Part shown: piece by piece, positions 20,041-29,571 of the stretch
Numbering within the stretch: the first letter of the stretch is position 1
Layout of the letters: each line of letters starts with the position of its first letter
Origin: Candidatus Bathyarchaeota archaeon
Lineage (GTDB): Archaea > Thermoproteota > Bathyarchaeia > TCS64
Assembly (NCBI GenBank): GCA_043826455.1
Contig: JBDRQD010000046.1
Coordinates: 55,316-119,315 of the forward strand
DNA length: 64,000 nt
Reading direction: 5' to 3'
Position numbers and translations under genes: made by a program
The notes under the pieces: generated by a model
Database searches by the model: none
Seen by the model: the letters and a program-made list of their open reading frames with translations, nothing else
What the model was told of the DNA's origin: nothing

Positions 20041-20174
20041 ATTCAGTAGCCTCCGAACCTTAGGCTTCGGATGTGGGTTTCACTCGGAGGACGCGTTATA
20101 AGGATGCCGAGTACACCTAGATGCCTCAGATTGATAACCCATATATAGTGGGGCAAGTGTGTTCATCTGTAATC

Positions 20175-20744
20175 ATGAGCGGAAAGGACCCATTCCCGAA
20201 GGAGAAGACGGCCACCAGAACCATACGTATCAACGAGGCCTACGACGAGGCCCTGAGGTACGAGGCCGAGCGCCACGGTGTCAGCGTCAACACCCTGGTG
20301 GACCAGGTGCTGAGGCGGTACTCCCACAGCTACAGGTACTTCGACAACCTGAGCGCCGTCACCATAAGCGGCAAGACCCTGGAGAGGCTGCTCAGCAACA
20401 TCCCGAAGGAGAAGATGGGCGAAATGGGCAAGGCCCTGGGGGAGGAGAGGCCCAAGAATCTGCTGCTGCTGAGGGGCCTGCCCCTGGACTACAACTCGGT
20501 GATGTGGTACCTGACCGAGCTCCTGGGGGACACCAGCAACTGGTACAGGGCTACGTACCATCGTAGGGGGGAATACGACATCCTGCACCTGAGCCACGGC
20601 TTGGGAGAGGGGTGGAGCCTCTTCCTGGAGAGGTACGTGACGGCCTTCTTCAGGGAGGTCCTGGGTATAACCCCCGAGACGGAGACCCTGGGCGGCTCGG
20701 TCACCTTCACCATCGACATATCTAAACTCAAGAAAGGTAAATGA
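20175..20744 (+). CDS. RHH-like DNA-binding domain plus putative V4R-like ligand domain
   Basis: TRTIRINEAYDEALRYEAERHGVSVNTLVDQVLRRY; C-terminal HGLGEGWSLFL. Confidence 0.6.
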   Translation: MSGKDPFPKEKTATRTIRINEAYDEALRYEAERHGVSVNTLVDQVLRRYSHSYRYFDNLSAVTISGKTLERLLSNIPKEKMGEMGKALGEERPKNLLLLRGLPLDYNSVMWYLTELLGDTSNWYRATYHRRGEYDILHLSHGLGEGWSLFLERYVTAFFREVLGITPETETLGGSVTFTIDISKLKKGK

Positions 20745-20863
20745 GCACACGGCTAAAACGACTATCACTAAACAACCACATGGATAGATCATCGTTTCAT
20801 TTCGGTAGGTTTATACTGTCTAATCTCTCATTGTGAATAAAACCACTGAAAGGTGCATAGCGA

Positions 20864-21262
20864 ATGTCATTCAAGATGGCCAGAGTCGGAGAACTCAAGG
20901 AAGGAAGCTACGCCATAATCAACGACGAGCCCAGCCAGATAGTACAGATCCAGAAGAGCAAACCCGGAAAGCACGGGAGCGCCAAGTTCAGGTGCACCGC
21001 CATCAGCATCTTCGACGGCCGGAAACAGAGCTTCGTCAGCAGCGTGGACGCCACAGTCCAGATACCCATGGTCGACAAGAGGAGCGGCCAGATCGTGAGC
21101 ATGGGCCCCAGCAGCCTACAGCTCATGGACATGGAGACCTACGACATCAAGGACGTGGCGCTGCCCATCGACGAAGAGATCAAGGCGAAGCTGGAGGCCG
21201 GCAAGGAAGTTGAGTACTGGATCATCATGGACAGGGTAAAGATCCAGCGCGTCAAGAACTGA
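20864..21262 (+). CDS. eif5a: Translation factor aIF5A
   Basis: Hypusine loop KSKPGKHGSAK; QLMDMETY. Confidence 0.95.
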   Translation: MSFKMARVGELKEGSYAIINDEPSQIVQIQKSKPGKHGSAKFRCTAISIFDGRKQSFVSSVDATVQIPMVDKRSGQIVSMGPSSLQLMDMETYDIKDVALPIDEEIKAKLEAGKEVEYWIIMDRVKIQRVKN

Positions 21263-21272
21263 AGGCGCACAG

Positions 21273-22211
21273 ATGAAGCGAGTTCACCAGATGCGGCTCC
21301 GCCCCGGCATGACCGCCCTTGAGCTGGCGGAGGAGATGAAGCGGGCCGGGGTCATAGGGGCCGGACGGGTCGGCAGAGCCGTGGACATCGTGGCGGAGAT
21401 GTTCAGCGACCCCGAGTACACGGTTTTCATCACATTATCCGGGCCCCTGGTGCCCGGTGGACTCAGGCTGGTCTTCAGGGACCTCATCAGGGACGGCTAC
21501 GTGGACGCCGTGGTGACCAACGGCGCCAACATGGTCCACGACATAGTGGAGGCCATGGGCCGGAGCCACCTGGTGGGCACCGTGAACGTGGACGACCAGC
21601 AGCTCTACGAGGAGGGCTACAATAGAGCCTACGACATCTTCATAGAGAGCCAGGCCTTCGTGGACATCGAGGGCTTCATAGGGGGAATCCTGGACGACAT
21701 CCCGGAGGATAAACGCGTTGACACACCCATCCACGGGCTTCTCCGCGAGATAGGGCTCAGGCTCAAAGACCCTGACAGCATCCTACACACGGCGGCCGAG
21801 AAGAACGTGCCCATATTCAGCCCCGGATTCCTGGACAGCATGCTGGGCATACCCCTGTGGCTCTACAGCCAGAGGAAGAAGCTGACCATCAACCCGCTGA
21901 AGGACTTCAACCTGCTCTCGGACATGGTTTACGAGGCCAAGAAGTCGGGGGTCATCATCCTGGGCGGGGGCACACCGAAGCACCACGCCCAGTACATGCA
22001 CACCCTGAGGGACGGCCTGGACGCCGCTGTCCAGATAAGCAGCGCCAGGGTGGAGGACGGCAGCCTCAGCGGGGCACCCCTCTCGGAGTCCATAACGTGG
22101 GGGAAGCTCAAGGAGGGCGTCCTGGAGGAGAAGACCTCCACCATCTTCGGGGAGGTCACCACCATATTCCCCCTGATAGTGGCGGCCGCCCTGGAGAAGA
22201 TCAGTGGCTAG
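21273..22211 (+). CDS. dys: Deoxyhypusine synthase
   Basis: NGANMVHDI, GGGTPKHH, DGSLSGA, ESITWGK; directly after aIF5A. Confidence 0.92.
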   Translation: MKRVHQMRLRPGMTALELAEEMKRAGVIGAGRVGRAVDIVAEMFSDPEYTVFITLSGPLVPGGLRLVFRDLIRDGYVDAVVTNGANMVHDIVEAMGRSHLVGTVNVDDQQLYEEGYNRAYDIFIESQAFVDIEGFIGGILDDIPEDKRVDTPIHGLLREIGLRLKDPDSILHTAAEKNVPIFSPGFLDSMLGIPLWLYSQRKKLTINPLKDFNLLSDMVYEAKKSGVIILGGGTPKHHAQYMHTLRDGLDAAVQISSARVEDGSLSGAPLSESITWGKLKEGVLEEKTSTIFGEVTTIFPLIVAAALEKISG

Positions 22212-22933
22212 ACCAGTAGACGGGTGCCGCCATCCACCTGTAGGGTGGCTCCGGTGATGTATCGTGCCTCATCGGAGGCCAGGAAAAGGATCGGGCACGC
22301 AATGTCCCCAGGCTCCCCTACCCGCTTCAGGAGGGTCCTCTCCGTCCAGTACGTCTTCTCCTCCTCGGTCATACCCCACGTGTCCACGGCGCCGGGGGAG
22401 ACGGCGTTGACTCTCACTGGCGCGAGCTCCCGGGCGAGGCCGCGGGTGAGAGGCGTACCGGCGGCCTTGGTGAGGGTGTACCCCACGCCCCCGGCGTCCC
22501 AGTCCATTACCACGTTCACTATGCAACCCGCGGCCTCCTTAAGGCGGGGGGCCGCCGCCCTGCTGCACACGATGACGGCCATCACGTTCACCTCCATCAT
22601 CCTTCTCCAGTGGCCCCAGTCGGGCTCCACCAAGCTGAACATGGGGGGAGGATGCACGGCAGCGTTGTTGACGAGGACATTCAGCCTACCGAGGCGCCGG
22701 GCGGCCTCCTCCACCATCTTCTCGGCTTCCGCGGGGCTGCTGAGGTCCGCTTGCAGTGTGAATGCGTTCCTGTGCATCTCGGCTATCTTCCTGGCAACGT
22801 TCTCAGCGTTCTCTCTTCTGGAGTTGTAGTGGACCGCCACGTCGGCCCCCTTCTCAGCGAAGAGGAGAGCCGTGCGTCCGCCGATCCCGCCGCTGGCCCC
22901 GGTAATTAGCACGCCCTTGCCTTTGAAGCTCAT
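22208..22933 (-). CDS. Short-chain dehydrogenase/reductase
   Basis: TGASGGIG, NNAA, YTLTK, VNAVSPG, VDGG; ATG 22933 overlaps the upstream TGA. Confidence 0.88.
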   Translation of the reverse strand: MSFKGKGVLITGASGGIGGRTALLFAEKGADVAVHYNSRRENAENVARKIAEMHRNAFTLQADLSSPAEAEKMVEEAARRLGRLNVLVNNAAVHPPPMFSLVEPDWGHWRRMMEVNVMAVIVCSRAAAPRLKEAAGCIVNVVMDWDAGGVGYTLTKAAGTPLTRGLARELAPVRVNAVSPGAVDTWGMTEEEKTYWTERTLLKRVGEPGDIACPILFLASDEARYITGATLQVDGGTRLLV

Positions 22934-23607
22934 CGGCTCACCCCCTCGGCGAAGGGCCTGTACTTCTCCAGGTCGCCCCTCCAGTCCACCTGGTTGATGG
23001 GCCACGTGTAGTGGGCCCGCCTGGGCTTGCAGATGAGTTCAAGGACCTCGAAGCCCTTGAAGAAGTCCACCGTGTTGGCGGCCTGGGCAACGATGGCCGT
23101 GTCCAGGCCCACCCAGCTCCCGGCCATGGCCACCGCCTCCTCCCCAGCCTCCAGATGGTCGGCGTCTGTGGCCTCCAGAACCGCTGTCATGCATACGTGG
23201 ACTCCTCCGCAGATGACCTTGTAGAACATCATGCCAAGTTTGCCGGTGTCGATGAGGGGGCTGTGGGCGCCCAGGTTCCAGAAGGGGTCGGTTCCTCTCA
23301 CCACGGGCGCCCCAAGCTCACTGATCCTCCTGAGCATCCCCTCGTCAGGTATCCCTATCCTGAGGTCGCCTATGGGGGTGTTCTCCACCCTCGTGCCGGC
23401 CGCGGAGGTGACGACGATGACCCTCTTCCCCTTGAAGACCTTGATGGCTTCAAGGGCGGTCAGCCCGGTCTCCGAGGCCACCACGGCCCTGTCTATTCCC
23501 AGCTCCAAGGCTCGGGCGTAGGCCAGCTCAATGGTCTTACCGGTGTTGATCTCTCCGTGGGCGTCGAAGTAGAAGCAGCCACGGTTGACGCCTAACTCGC
23601 CTCCCAT
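22930..23607 (-). CDS. Stand-alone pyruvate-kinase C-terminal-like domain protein
   Basis: YFDAHGEINT, VVASETGLTA, EATDA, GLDTAIV, ELICKP. Confidence 0.7.
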   Translation of the reverse strand: MGGELGVNRGCFYFDAHGEINTGKTIELAYARALELGIDRAVVASETGLTALEAIKVFKGKRVIVVTSAAGTRVENTPIGDLRIGIPDEGMLRRISELGAPVVRGTDPFWNLGAHSPLIDTGKLGMMFYKVICGGVHVCMTAVLEATDADHLEAGEEAVAMAGSWVGLDTAIVAQAANTVDFFKGFEVLELICKPRRAHYTWPINQVDWRGDLEKYRPFAEGVSR

Positions 23608-23757
23608 GGCCTGATTTATCGCGCAGTGAATATAAAACCGTGAAGGTTGGATGAGGCGGGGCTCACGCTCACCTTTTGAGCTGAAAAAAAGATGATGCTT
23701 GACCGGTTTTCCGGTCTGCTTCTCATAAAAATGGAAGGGGACAGCGAGGCTCCGGCT

Positions 23758-24141
23758 TCACGTAGCCTTCTTGAAGTGCTCCGGGCCGACCTTGCCCTTC
23801 ACATACTTCTTGAACTCGCTGCTGCACAGCTCAGCCACGAAGTCCCCGTCCCACCACTCGAAGGTGGTGATGTCCTCCTCCACCACCATCACGTGGGGGA
23901 CGCCGGCCTCCACCGTCGCCACCTCGCCGACCATGAGAGGCACCTCACGGTACCCTCCGCCCTCGTAGAGCACGTACTTGGCCTTGCCCGACACCAGCAG
24001 CGTGTACTGGCGGTTCGGGTGGATGTGGTTGCCCCTGTAGGAGCCCCTACGGGTCTCCAGCAGCGAGTAGAATCTTCCCTCTCGGTTGAAGGCGTAGCCT
24101 TTGCCTATTCCTTCAAAGGTTCCCCAGTCGTCTAGTTTCAG
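23758..24141 (-). CDS. Cupin-fold protein
   Basis: RGNHIHPNRQYTLLVSG...VEAGVPH; the frame is open upstream of GTG 23994 and a CTG start at 24141 is probable. Confidence 0.7.
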   Translation of the reverse strand: MKLDDWGTFEGIGKGYAFNREGRFYSLLETRRGSYRGNHIHPNRQYTLLVSGKAKYVLYEGGGYREVPLMVGEVATVEAGVPHVMVVEEDITTFEWWDGDFVAELCSSEFKKYVKGKVGPEHFKKAT

Positions 24142-24267
24142 TGTGAGTTCTCGTTCACTCCTTTCCTTGGGATACTCTCAACCCCCATATTCCAATATTT
24201 ATCATTTTTTGTAAATAATATTCCCCAGGGACTAGGGGTCACTCCGCGGGCAACGCGACTCATGCCC

Positions 24268-24287
24268 CGGCTAATATAACTTAGCCG
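24268..24287. promoter_or_regulatory. Palindromic candidate operator CGGCTAA-N6-TTAGCCG
   Basis: Perfect 7-bp arms around TATAAC, between the divergent cupin and HTH-CBS genes. Confidence 0.5.
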
Positions 24288-24333
24288 AAAAAATGACGAA
24301 AAGAATATATTCACACACCATATCACCATAGGC

Positions 24334-24891
24334 ATGCTACCCGCCATCGACATAATCCCTGACAGACGCCGAAAACTGGGGCTCACCCAGAACCAGCTGG
24401 CGGACCTGGCCGGAGTCAGCCAGAGCTACATAGCCAAGCTGGAAGCCGGGAAGATAGAGCCCAGCTACCTGAAGGTGAAGTCCATCTTCGAGGCCCTGGA
24501 CAAGATAGAGAGGAGGAAGGAAGTGTCAGCGGCCGAGATAATGACCGCGGACGTCATCAGCGTCCGGGCTGACGCAGCCATCCACGAGGCCGTCGATATC
24601 ATGCGTAGGCACGGGTTCAGCCAGCTTCCCGTGATGGACAGCGACAAGCCGGTGGGCGGCGTATCGGAGAGAACCCTCCTGGACCAGATCCTGTACCCTG
24701 ACGACGACACCCCCCCGGGGCAGAAGAAAGTGAAGGACATCATGGAGGACAGCTTCCCCCAGGTCTCCGAGGACGCCCCCCTCAGCCTGCTATCGAGCCT
24801 ACTGAAGTACTACCCAGCCGTGCTGGTGCAGAAGAAGGGAGAAGTGGTGGGCATCGTGACCAAGGCTGACCTCCTGGGAGTGATAAGCTAA
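24334..24891 (+). CDS. XRE-HTH plus CBS-pair transcriptional regulator
   Basis: RRKLGLTQNQLADLAGVSQSYIAKLE; FSQLPV; GIVTKADL. Confidence 0.9.
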   Translation: MLPAIDIIPDRRRKLGLTQNQLADLAGVSQSYIAKLEAGKIEPSYLKVKSIFEALDKIERRKEVSAAEIMTADVISVRADAAIHEAVDIMRRHGFSQLPVMDSDKPVGGVSERTLLDQILYPDDDTPPGQKKVKDIMEDSFPQVSEDAPLSLLSSLLKYYPAVLVQKKGEVVGIVTKADLLGVIS

Positions 24892-24928
24892 ACAACTTTT
24901 AAGAGCCACACGGGTGACCACTCTACCC

Positions 24929-25546
24929 ATGAAGCTCACGAAGAAAAACGTCCTGACCGCCGTGGTGCTGTTCCTCTTCTCGGGTTCAATTATTATCGGA
25001 GTAGCAAACCTATTGTTGAAGGAACCCGAGATGAAGGAGACAGCGGTACTGGAGACCAGCCTGGGAGTCATAGAGATCGAGCTTGACAGGGCGAAGGCAC
25101 CCAAGACGGTGGAGAACTTCATAGCCTACGTTGCGCAGGGCTTCTACGATGGCCTGATCTTTCACAGAGTCATGGCAGGATTCATGATCCAGGGGGGAGG
25201 CTTCGAGCCTGACGGCACCTGGAGAACCCCCACCAGGGACCCTGTGAAGAGCGAGGCCAGGAACGGCCTGAAGAACGTGAGAGGCGCCATAGCCATGGCC
25301 AGGTCCGCTGAACCGGACTCGGCCACCAGCCAGTTCTACATAAACACGGTGGACAACCCCAACCTGGACTACCCTAACCCAGACGGCTACGGGTACACGG
25401 TGTTCGGCAAGGTGGTGAAGGGCATGGACGTGGTGGACGATATAGAGGCATCCCAGACGGGTAGAAAGATAACCCCATACGGTGCCATGAACGACTGGCC
25501 CACCGAAGACATAGTCATCATAAGGGTTTACATGAAGGAGAAGTAG
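24929..25546 (+). CDS. Membrane-anchored cyclophilin PPIase
   Basis: N-terminal TM helix; APKTVENF, FHRVMAGFMIQGGG, AMAR, SQFYIN, YTVFGKV. Confidence 0.92.
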   Translation: MKLTKKNVLTAVVLFLFSGSIIIGVANLLLKEPEMKETAVLETSLGVIEIELDRAKAPKTVENFIAYVAQGFYDGLIFHRVMAGFMIQGGGFEPDGTWRTPTRDPVKSEARNGLKNVRGAIAMARSAEPDSATSQFYINTVDNPNLDYPNPDGYGYTVFGKVVKGMDVVDDIEASQTGRKITPYGAMNDWPTEDIVIIRVYMKEK

Positions 25547-25626
25547 AACAAAGTCCCTCTCATGAGGAATTTAAACACCGATCCTTTTTTTCTGTGACGG
25601 CGATGTTGTACCTGGCCGTAAAATAT

Positions 25627-26065
25627 AGAGGGTTTTGGTTCTCTTTGGTTTGGCGCCAGGTCGCAGGCATCGGGGCTGGTGTCCTCTCTAATGATAGAAA
25701 AATTCGCCATTAGGTGATCCCCCCCCCCCACCTTTTTTCACATCCGGCATCTGTTGCGCCGTGTTTGATGTGCTGAGTGGGCCGTGTTTTTGTGTGGAAT
25801 GGACGGCGTTTTTACATAGAATGGGATCGCATCTGACTGGTTCCGTGGCTCCTTTTGGCGCGGGGCACCTGTTTCCGGTTCCTCCGCTCTACCCCCCCTC
25901 CACCCCTCTATCCGGTGCCCGGTGCTGGCGTGTCGATTGCGCCGTTTTCCGGGTGTGGCTTATACCGTCCTAGAGGGTATAAGGCGGAAAAAAAATTCCA
26001 TCTTTTACTTCATGTTTTTCATTGTTGAGGTTTCTACGATCCAATGGCTCTGGAGTCCTAAAAAA
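25627..26065 (+). repeat. Dispersed structured intergenic element, copy C
   Basis: Colinear with the reverse complement of 225-630; lies between convergent genes. Confidence 0.85.
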
Positions 26066-26096
26066 CTCGATTTTAATCAATAACAGAAAAAATGGT

Positions 26097-27269
26097 TTAG
26101 AGGCTGTGCACAACCTCTCCGTCTATGATGACCTTCTCCACCTTGGTGGCGTACTCCAGGGGGTCGCCGCTCAGCAGCCTCAGGTCAGCGTCCTTACCCA
26201 CCTCTAGGCTGCCCACCCTGTCCGCGACGCCCATGATCTCGGCCGGCACGATGGTGATGGCCTTCAGGGCGTAATCGTAGGGTAAGCCCTCCTTGACGCT
26301 GAGAGCCGCGCATATGGGCAGGAACCTGATGGTGCTGCCCACGGCGTCCGTCTGGATGGCGAACTTAACCCCCGCGTCGTACATTACCTTGGGGGTGTCG
26401 TAGCCCAGCTCCCTCATCTCCCACTTGCCGCGGGCCGTGAGGCTGGGGCCCCACACCGCGGGAATCCCCTTCTCGGCTATCCACTTGGCAATCCTGTGGC
26501 CCTCTGTGGCGTGCTCCCAGCTCATGTCCACGCCGAACTCCTCGCAGATGCGGACCGCCGTGGCAACGTCGTCGGCCCTGTGGGCGTGGGCCCTCAGCGG
26601 GATCTCCCTTTTGAGCACTGGGACCAAGGGCTCCAGCCTGATGTCATACTCGGGCTGCTTATCGGGCTCGTCCACGAACTTCTCCTTCTTCTCCATGTAG
26701 TTCTTGGTCTTCTGGAGCCACTCCCTGAGGACGCCGGCGACACCCATCCTGGTGCTGGGCATCTTCTTCTGCTCGACGCCGTACACCCGTCGGGGGTTCT
26801 CCCCGAAGGCGATCTTCATTCCGCTGGGGTCCTTGACGACCATCTCATCTACTGTGGTCTTGGGGGCGGTCTTCAGGACTACCCCGGTTCCTCCGATGAC
26901 GTTGGCGCTGCCAGGAAGCACCTGGGCCGTGGTTATCCCCTCGAAGAGGGCCGCCTCCAGGCCCCCCTCGTCGGCGTTAGCCTTGATGCCGTCGATGGCG
27001 CGGACGTGGGGGGTGGCGGGCTCCGTCATCTCGTTGCCGTCGCTCCCAGCCCAGCCTATCTTCTCCTCCCAGATGCCTATGTGGCAGTGGGCCTCCACCA
27101 GGCCGGGCATCACGTACTTGGCCTTCAGGGCCTTGACCCCGTCGGGCACCTTTACATCCGGCCCTAGGGCCTTGATCTTGCCTTTCTCGATGAGCACAAC
27201 GCCGTCCTCTATGACGCCGTTGGTTATGGTCAGAACCTTCTTACCTTTCACAGCTAGCAAGCTTTGCAC
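26097..27269 (-). CDS. Metal-dependent amidohydrolase
   Basis: PGLVEAHCHIG, KIAFGENP, HAHRADD, EHATEG, GSLEVGKDAD. Confidence 0.9.
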   Translation of the reverse strand: MQSLLAVKGKKVLTITNGVIEDGVVLIEKGKIKALGPDVKVPDGVKALKAKYVMPGLVEAHCHIGIWEEKIGWAGSDGNEMTEPATPHVRAIDGIKANADEGGLEAALFEGITTAQVLPGSANVIGGTGVVLKTAPKTTVDEMVVKDPSGMKIAFGENPRRVYGVEQKKMPSTRMGVAGVLREWLQKTKNYMEKKEKFVDEPDKQPEYDIRLEPLVPVLKREIPLRAHAHRADDVATAVRICEEFGVDMSWEHATEGHRIAKWIAEKGIPAVWGPSLTARGKWEMRELGYDTPKVMYDAGVKFAIQTDAVGSTIRFLPICAALSVKEGLPYDYALKAITIVPAEIMGVADRVGSLEVGKDADLRLLSGDPLEYATKVEKVIIDGEVVHSL

Positions 27270-27351
27270 CGGATCGAGTATGCCCGGTTCAATTATAGGG
27301 TTTTCTATGGATGGGACATGAGAAAGAAAATAAAAGAGGAAAAAATTTGGG

Positions 27352-28074
27352 TTACACTTCGGGTGTCTTCTTGCGGGTCAGGTCCCACCCTATCATGCTG
27401 GCGAGCATGATGAAGGCGATGACCCAGAAGGCCAACTGGTTTTCGGGGTCGTTCGGCGGGATTCCCAGAAGGAACTGGGAGCGGCCGATGAAGAGGCTGT
27501 ACCTGGTGAGCACCGTGTATCCATAAGCTGAGCCGAACCCAGCCATCATGGTGTACCGGGCGATCTTCTCCACTACCTTCATGGGCGCGCTCTCGCGAGC
27601 GGTGCCTGTGAACCAGAAGTAGAGGAGTACGCTTGGTACCATGATCTGGATGAGTATGTTGTTGACGGTAGCCCCCATGTTCCCCGCGACAAAGAAGGGT
27701 GTCTTCGACTGGGCGACGATCTGCTCCAGGAACTGGGCGAATACGACCGTCCTCAGAGCCATGCCGATGCCTGTGCCCACCACTATGGCCAGGGGCCACC
27801 TGTAGAGGTAGAAGGTGCTCTTGTTGAACCTTCCATACCACAGGATGCCTATGACCATGACTATGGCGAACAGCAGCATCATCCCGGCGCTGGCGCTCCA
27901 CTGGCCGCTCCACTGGTTCCTGATGTAGAGCAGGTCCACCGAGACACCGTATCCCACGGCGACGCCTAGGTAGACCGACTCCGCGATGCGGTACCAGGGG
28001 TTCTCACGGTACAGGATGCTGTAGATGCCTAATGTGAAGAACACCGCTGTCCATACAGCGATTATGTCCACCAT
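27352..28074 (-). CDS. Uncharacterised polytopic membrane protein (about 6-7 TM)
   Basis: YSILYRENPWYRIAESVYLGVAVGY, LLYFWFT, MAGFGSAYGYTVLTRYSLFIGR. Confidence 0.85.
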   Translation of the reverse strand: MVDIIAVWTAVFFTLGIYSILYRENPWYRIAESVYLGVAVGYGVSVDLLYIRNQWSGQWSASAGMMLLFAIVMVIGILWYGRFNKSTFYLYRWPLAIVVGTGIGMALRTVVFAQFLEQIVAQSKTPFFVAGNMGATVNNILIQIMVPSVLLYFWFTGTARESAPMKVVEKIARYTMMAGFGSAYGYTVLTRYSLFIGRSQFLLGIPPNDPENQLAFWVIAFIMLASMIGWDLTRKKTPEV

Positions 28075-28907
28075 TACTTCTCGTCCCCCTTTGTCATGAA
28101 GTAGGCGATGTTACCTATCACGACCAGCAGCACGATCAGCAAGTGCGACGTGGATACAGCGTCTACGCCGGCCACGGCCAGGCCTGGCTTCTGCAGCAGC
28201 AGCTCATACTCGGCGCTTACGGTCAGACCTGGCATGAGGGCCGAGATCTGGCCCGAGTTAACGTAGGGTATCATCCCTGGCACGGATACGCCGATGCAGC
28301 CCACGATCATGGGTATTCCATATGCCGTGTTCCATTGCCGTAGCCACTCGGATGCGCCGGGGGTTCCCGTCTCGAAGCTCATGATGAGGTCGATGTCAGT
28401 AGCGGTCTTGATGTTGTCCATAATAGCGAAGCTGCTCAGGGGTCTCCCCTCCACGAAGTCGTTCGCCACAGAGTTCTGGAAGCTTGTGGCCAACGCGCCC
28501 ATGGCGGTCTCGCCCCCGGGTAGGTAGCCCAGGTTGATCCAGTCAACACCGTAGACGTAGCCGAAGTCGGCGGGGTTCACCTGCCGTAGCATGGCGGTGA
28601 AGACCAGGGGGCCCTCTGTCCAGAAGCTCAGCACCACGATTTTAACGTCCTTCTGGAGGAGGTGCTTCATGGTGGCGACGGTCATTGGGAACAGCTCAGG
28701 CATGCCTGAGGTGCCGTACATGGGTGCGAAGATCACTGTGTCTCCGTCTTTGACGTTATTCTCGACGTAGCTGTGCCAGGCCCTGGCGTCGCTGCCGATG
28801 GGGATGGGTAGGCCGAGGGGGAATATCAGCGGGAAGAGGACAAATATCCAGGCCAGGAGGTAGATAATCCTCCTGTCCAGGTTATTGATCTTGTCCATGA
28901 TAGACAT
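28074..28907 (-). CDS. Uncharacterised membrane-anchored alpha/beta protein
   Basis: DRRIIYLL, YGVDWINLGYLPGGE, WLRQ, PYVNSGQ, AEYE; TM helix at both ends. Confidence 0.85.
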   Translation of the reverse strand: MSIMDKINNLDRRIIYLLAWIFVLFPLIFPLGLPIPIGSDARAWHSYVENNVKDGDTVIFAPMYGTSGMPELFPMTVATMKHLLQKDVKIVVLSFWTEGPLVFTAMLRQVNPADFGYVYGVDWINLGYLPGGETAMGALATSFQNSVANDFVEGRPLSSFAIMDNIKTATDIDLIMSFETGTPGASEWLRQWNTAYGIPMIVGCIGVSVPGMIPYVNSGQISALMPGLTVSAEYELLLQKPGLAVAGVDAVSTSHLLIVLLVVIGNIAYFMTKGDEK

Positions 28908-28908
28908 T

Positions 28909-29565
28909 TTACTCTTCGCCTCCTCCTCTCAGGTAGCCGCGCTCGATGCCCATCAGGGTTCTGACGGCTAGAGCGATGGCTCCTAGAGCTGCTCCGATCA
29001 TGACTCCCCTCATGGTAGCCATGTTGGGTACGTTACGGATCCATAGGCTGATGTCTACAAGCACCGGAATAGGGCTGGTGAACAGCGGGGCATTCCCCAT
29101 GACCATCAGCGTGCCCGAGACGAGCACTATGGCTGCCTCGATGTTTCGAGCCTTGAAGGCCCTGACGGCTGCTGAGGTGATGAAGAAGGCCAGGATGCTG
29201 TACATTGTGCCTCCTAGAGGTGTCTGGATGTTTGTGAATACCCAGTTGAAGATAGAGTTGTTCCTGCCTAGGCCAAACTCCGCGAGCGGTAGACCAGTCA
29301 ACACCATGATTATTACGAAGACGAACACGAGAACGCTGAAGTACCACCCCTCGACCCTCCTCTGCACACGTTTACCGTGCACCTGGAGGATAGAGATGAC
29401 ACCGACGAAGGTAGCACAAGCTACAATGAGTAATACCCCGTTTGAAGCGGTTCCCGCTGCGTCCTTCAGCACCGGGATATCGAAGTAGTAGGGTATTACC
29501 TGTAGAAGCGTCGCAATGATGGTCAACGCTATCGGGATCTCGATTCTCTTTAATGCTTCACCCAT
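28909..29565 (-). CDS. Uncharacterised polytopic membrane protein
   Basis: PLGGTMYSILAFFITSAAVRAFKARN, RGVMIGAALG, RTLMGIER. Confidence 0.85.
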   Translation of the reverse strand: MGEALKRIEIPIALTIIATLLQVIPYYFDIPVLKDAAGTASNGVLLIVACATFVGVISILQVHGKRVQRRVEGWYFSVLVFVFVIIMVLTGLPLAEFGLGRNNSIFNWVFTNIQTPLGGTMYSILAFFITSAAVRAFKARNIEAAIVLVSGTLMVMGNAPLFTSPIPVLVDISLWIRNVPNMATMRGVMIGAALGAIALAVRTLMGIERGYLRGGGEE

Positions 29566-29571
29566 TTTTCA

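Noticed and set aside
20864..22211. aIF5A-DHS adjacency as a novelty
   Set aside because: Known substrate-enzyme pair
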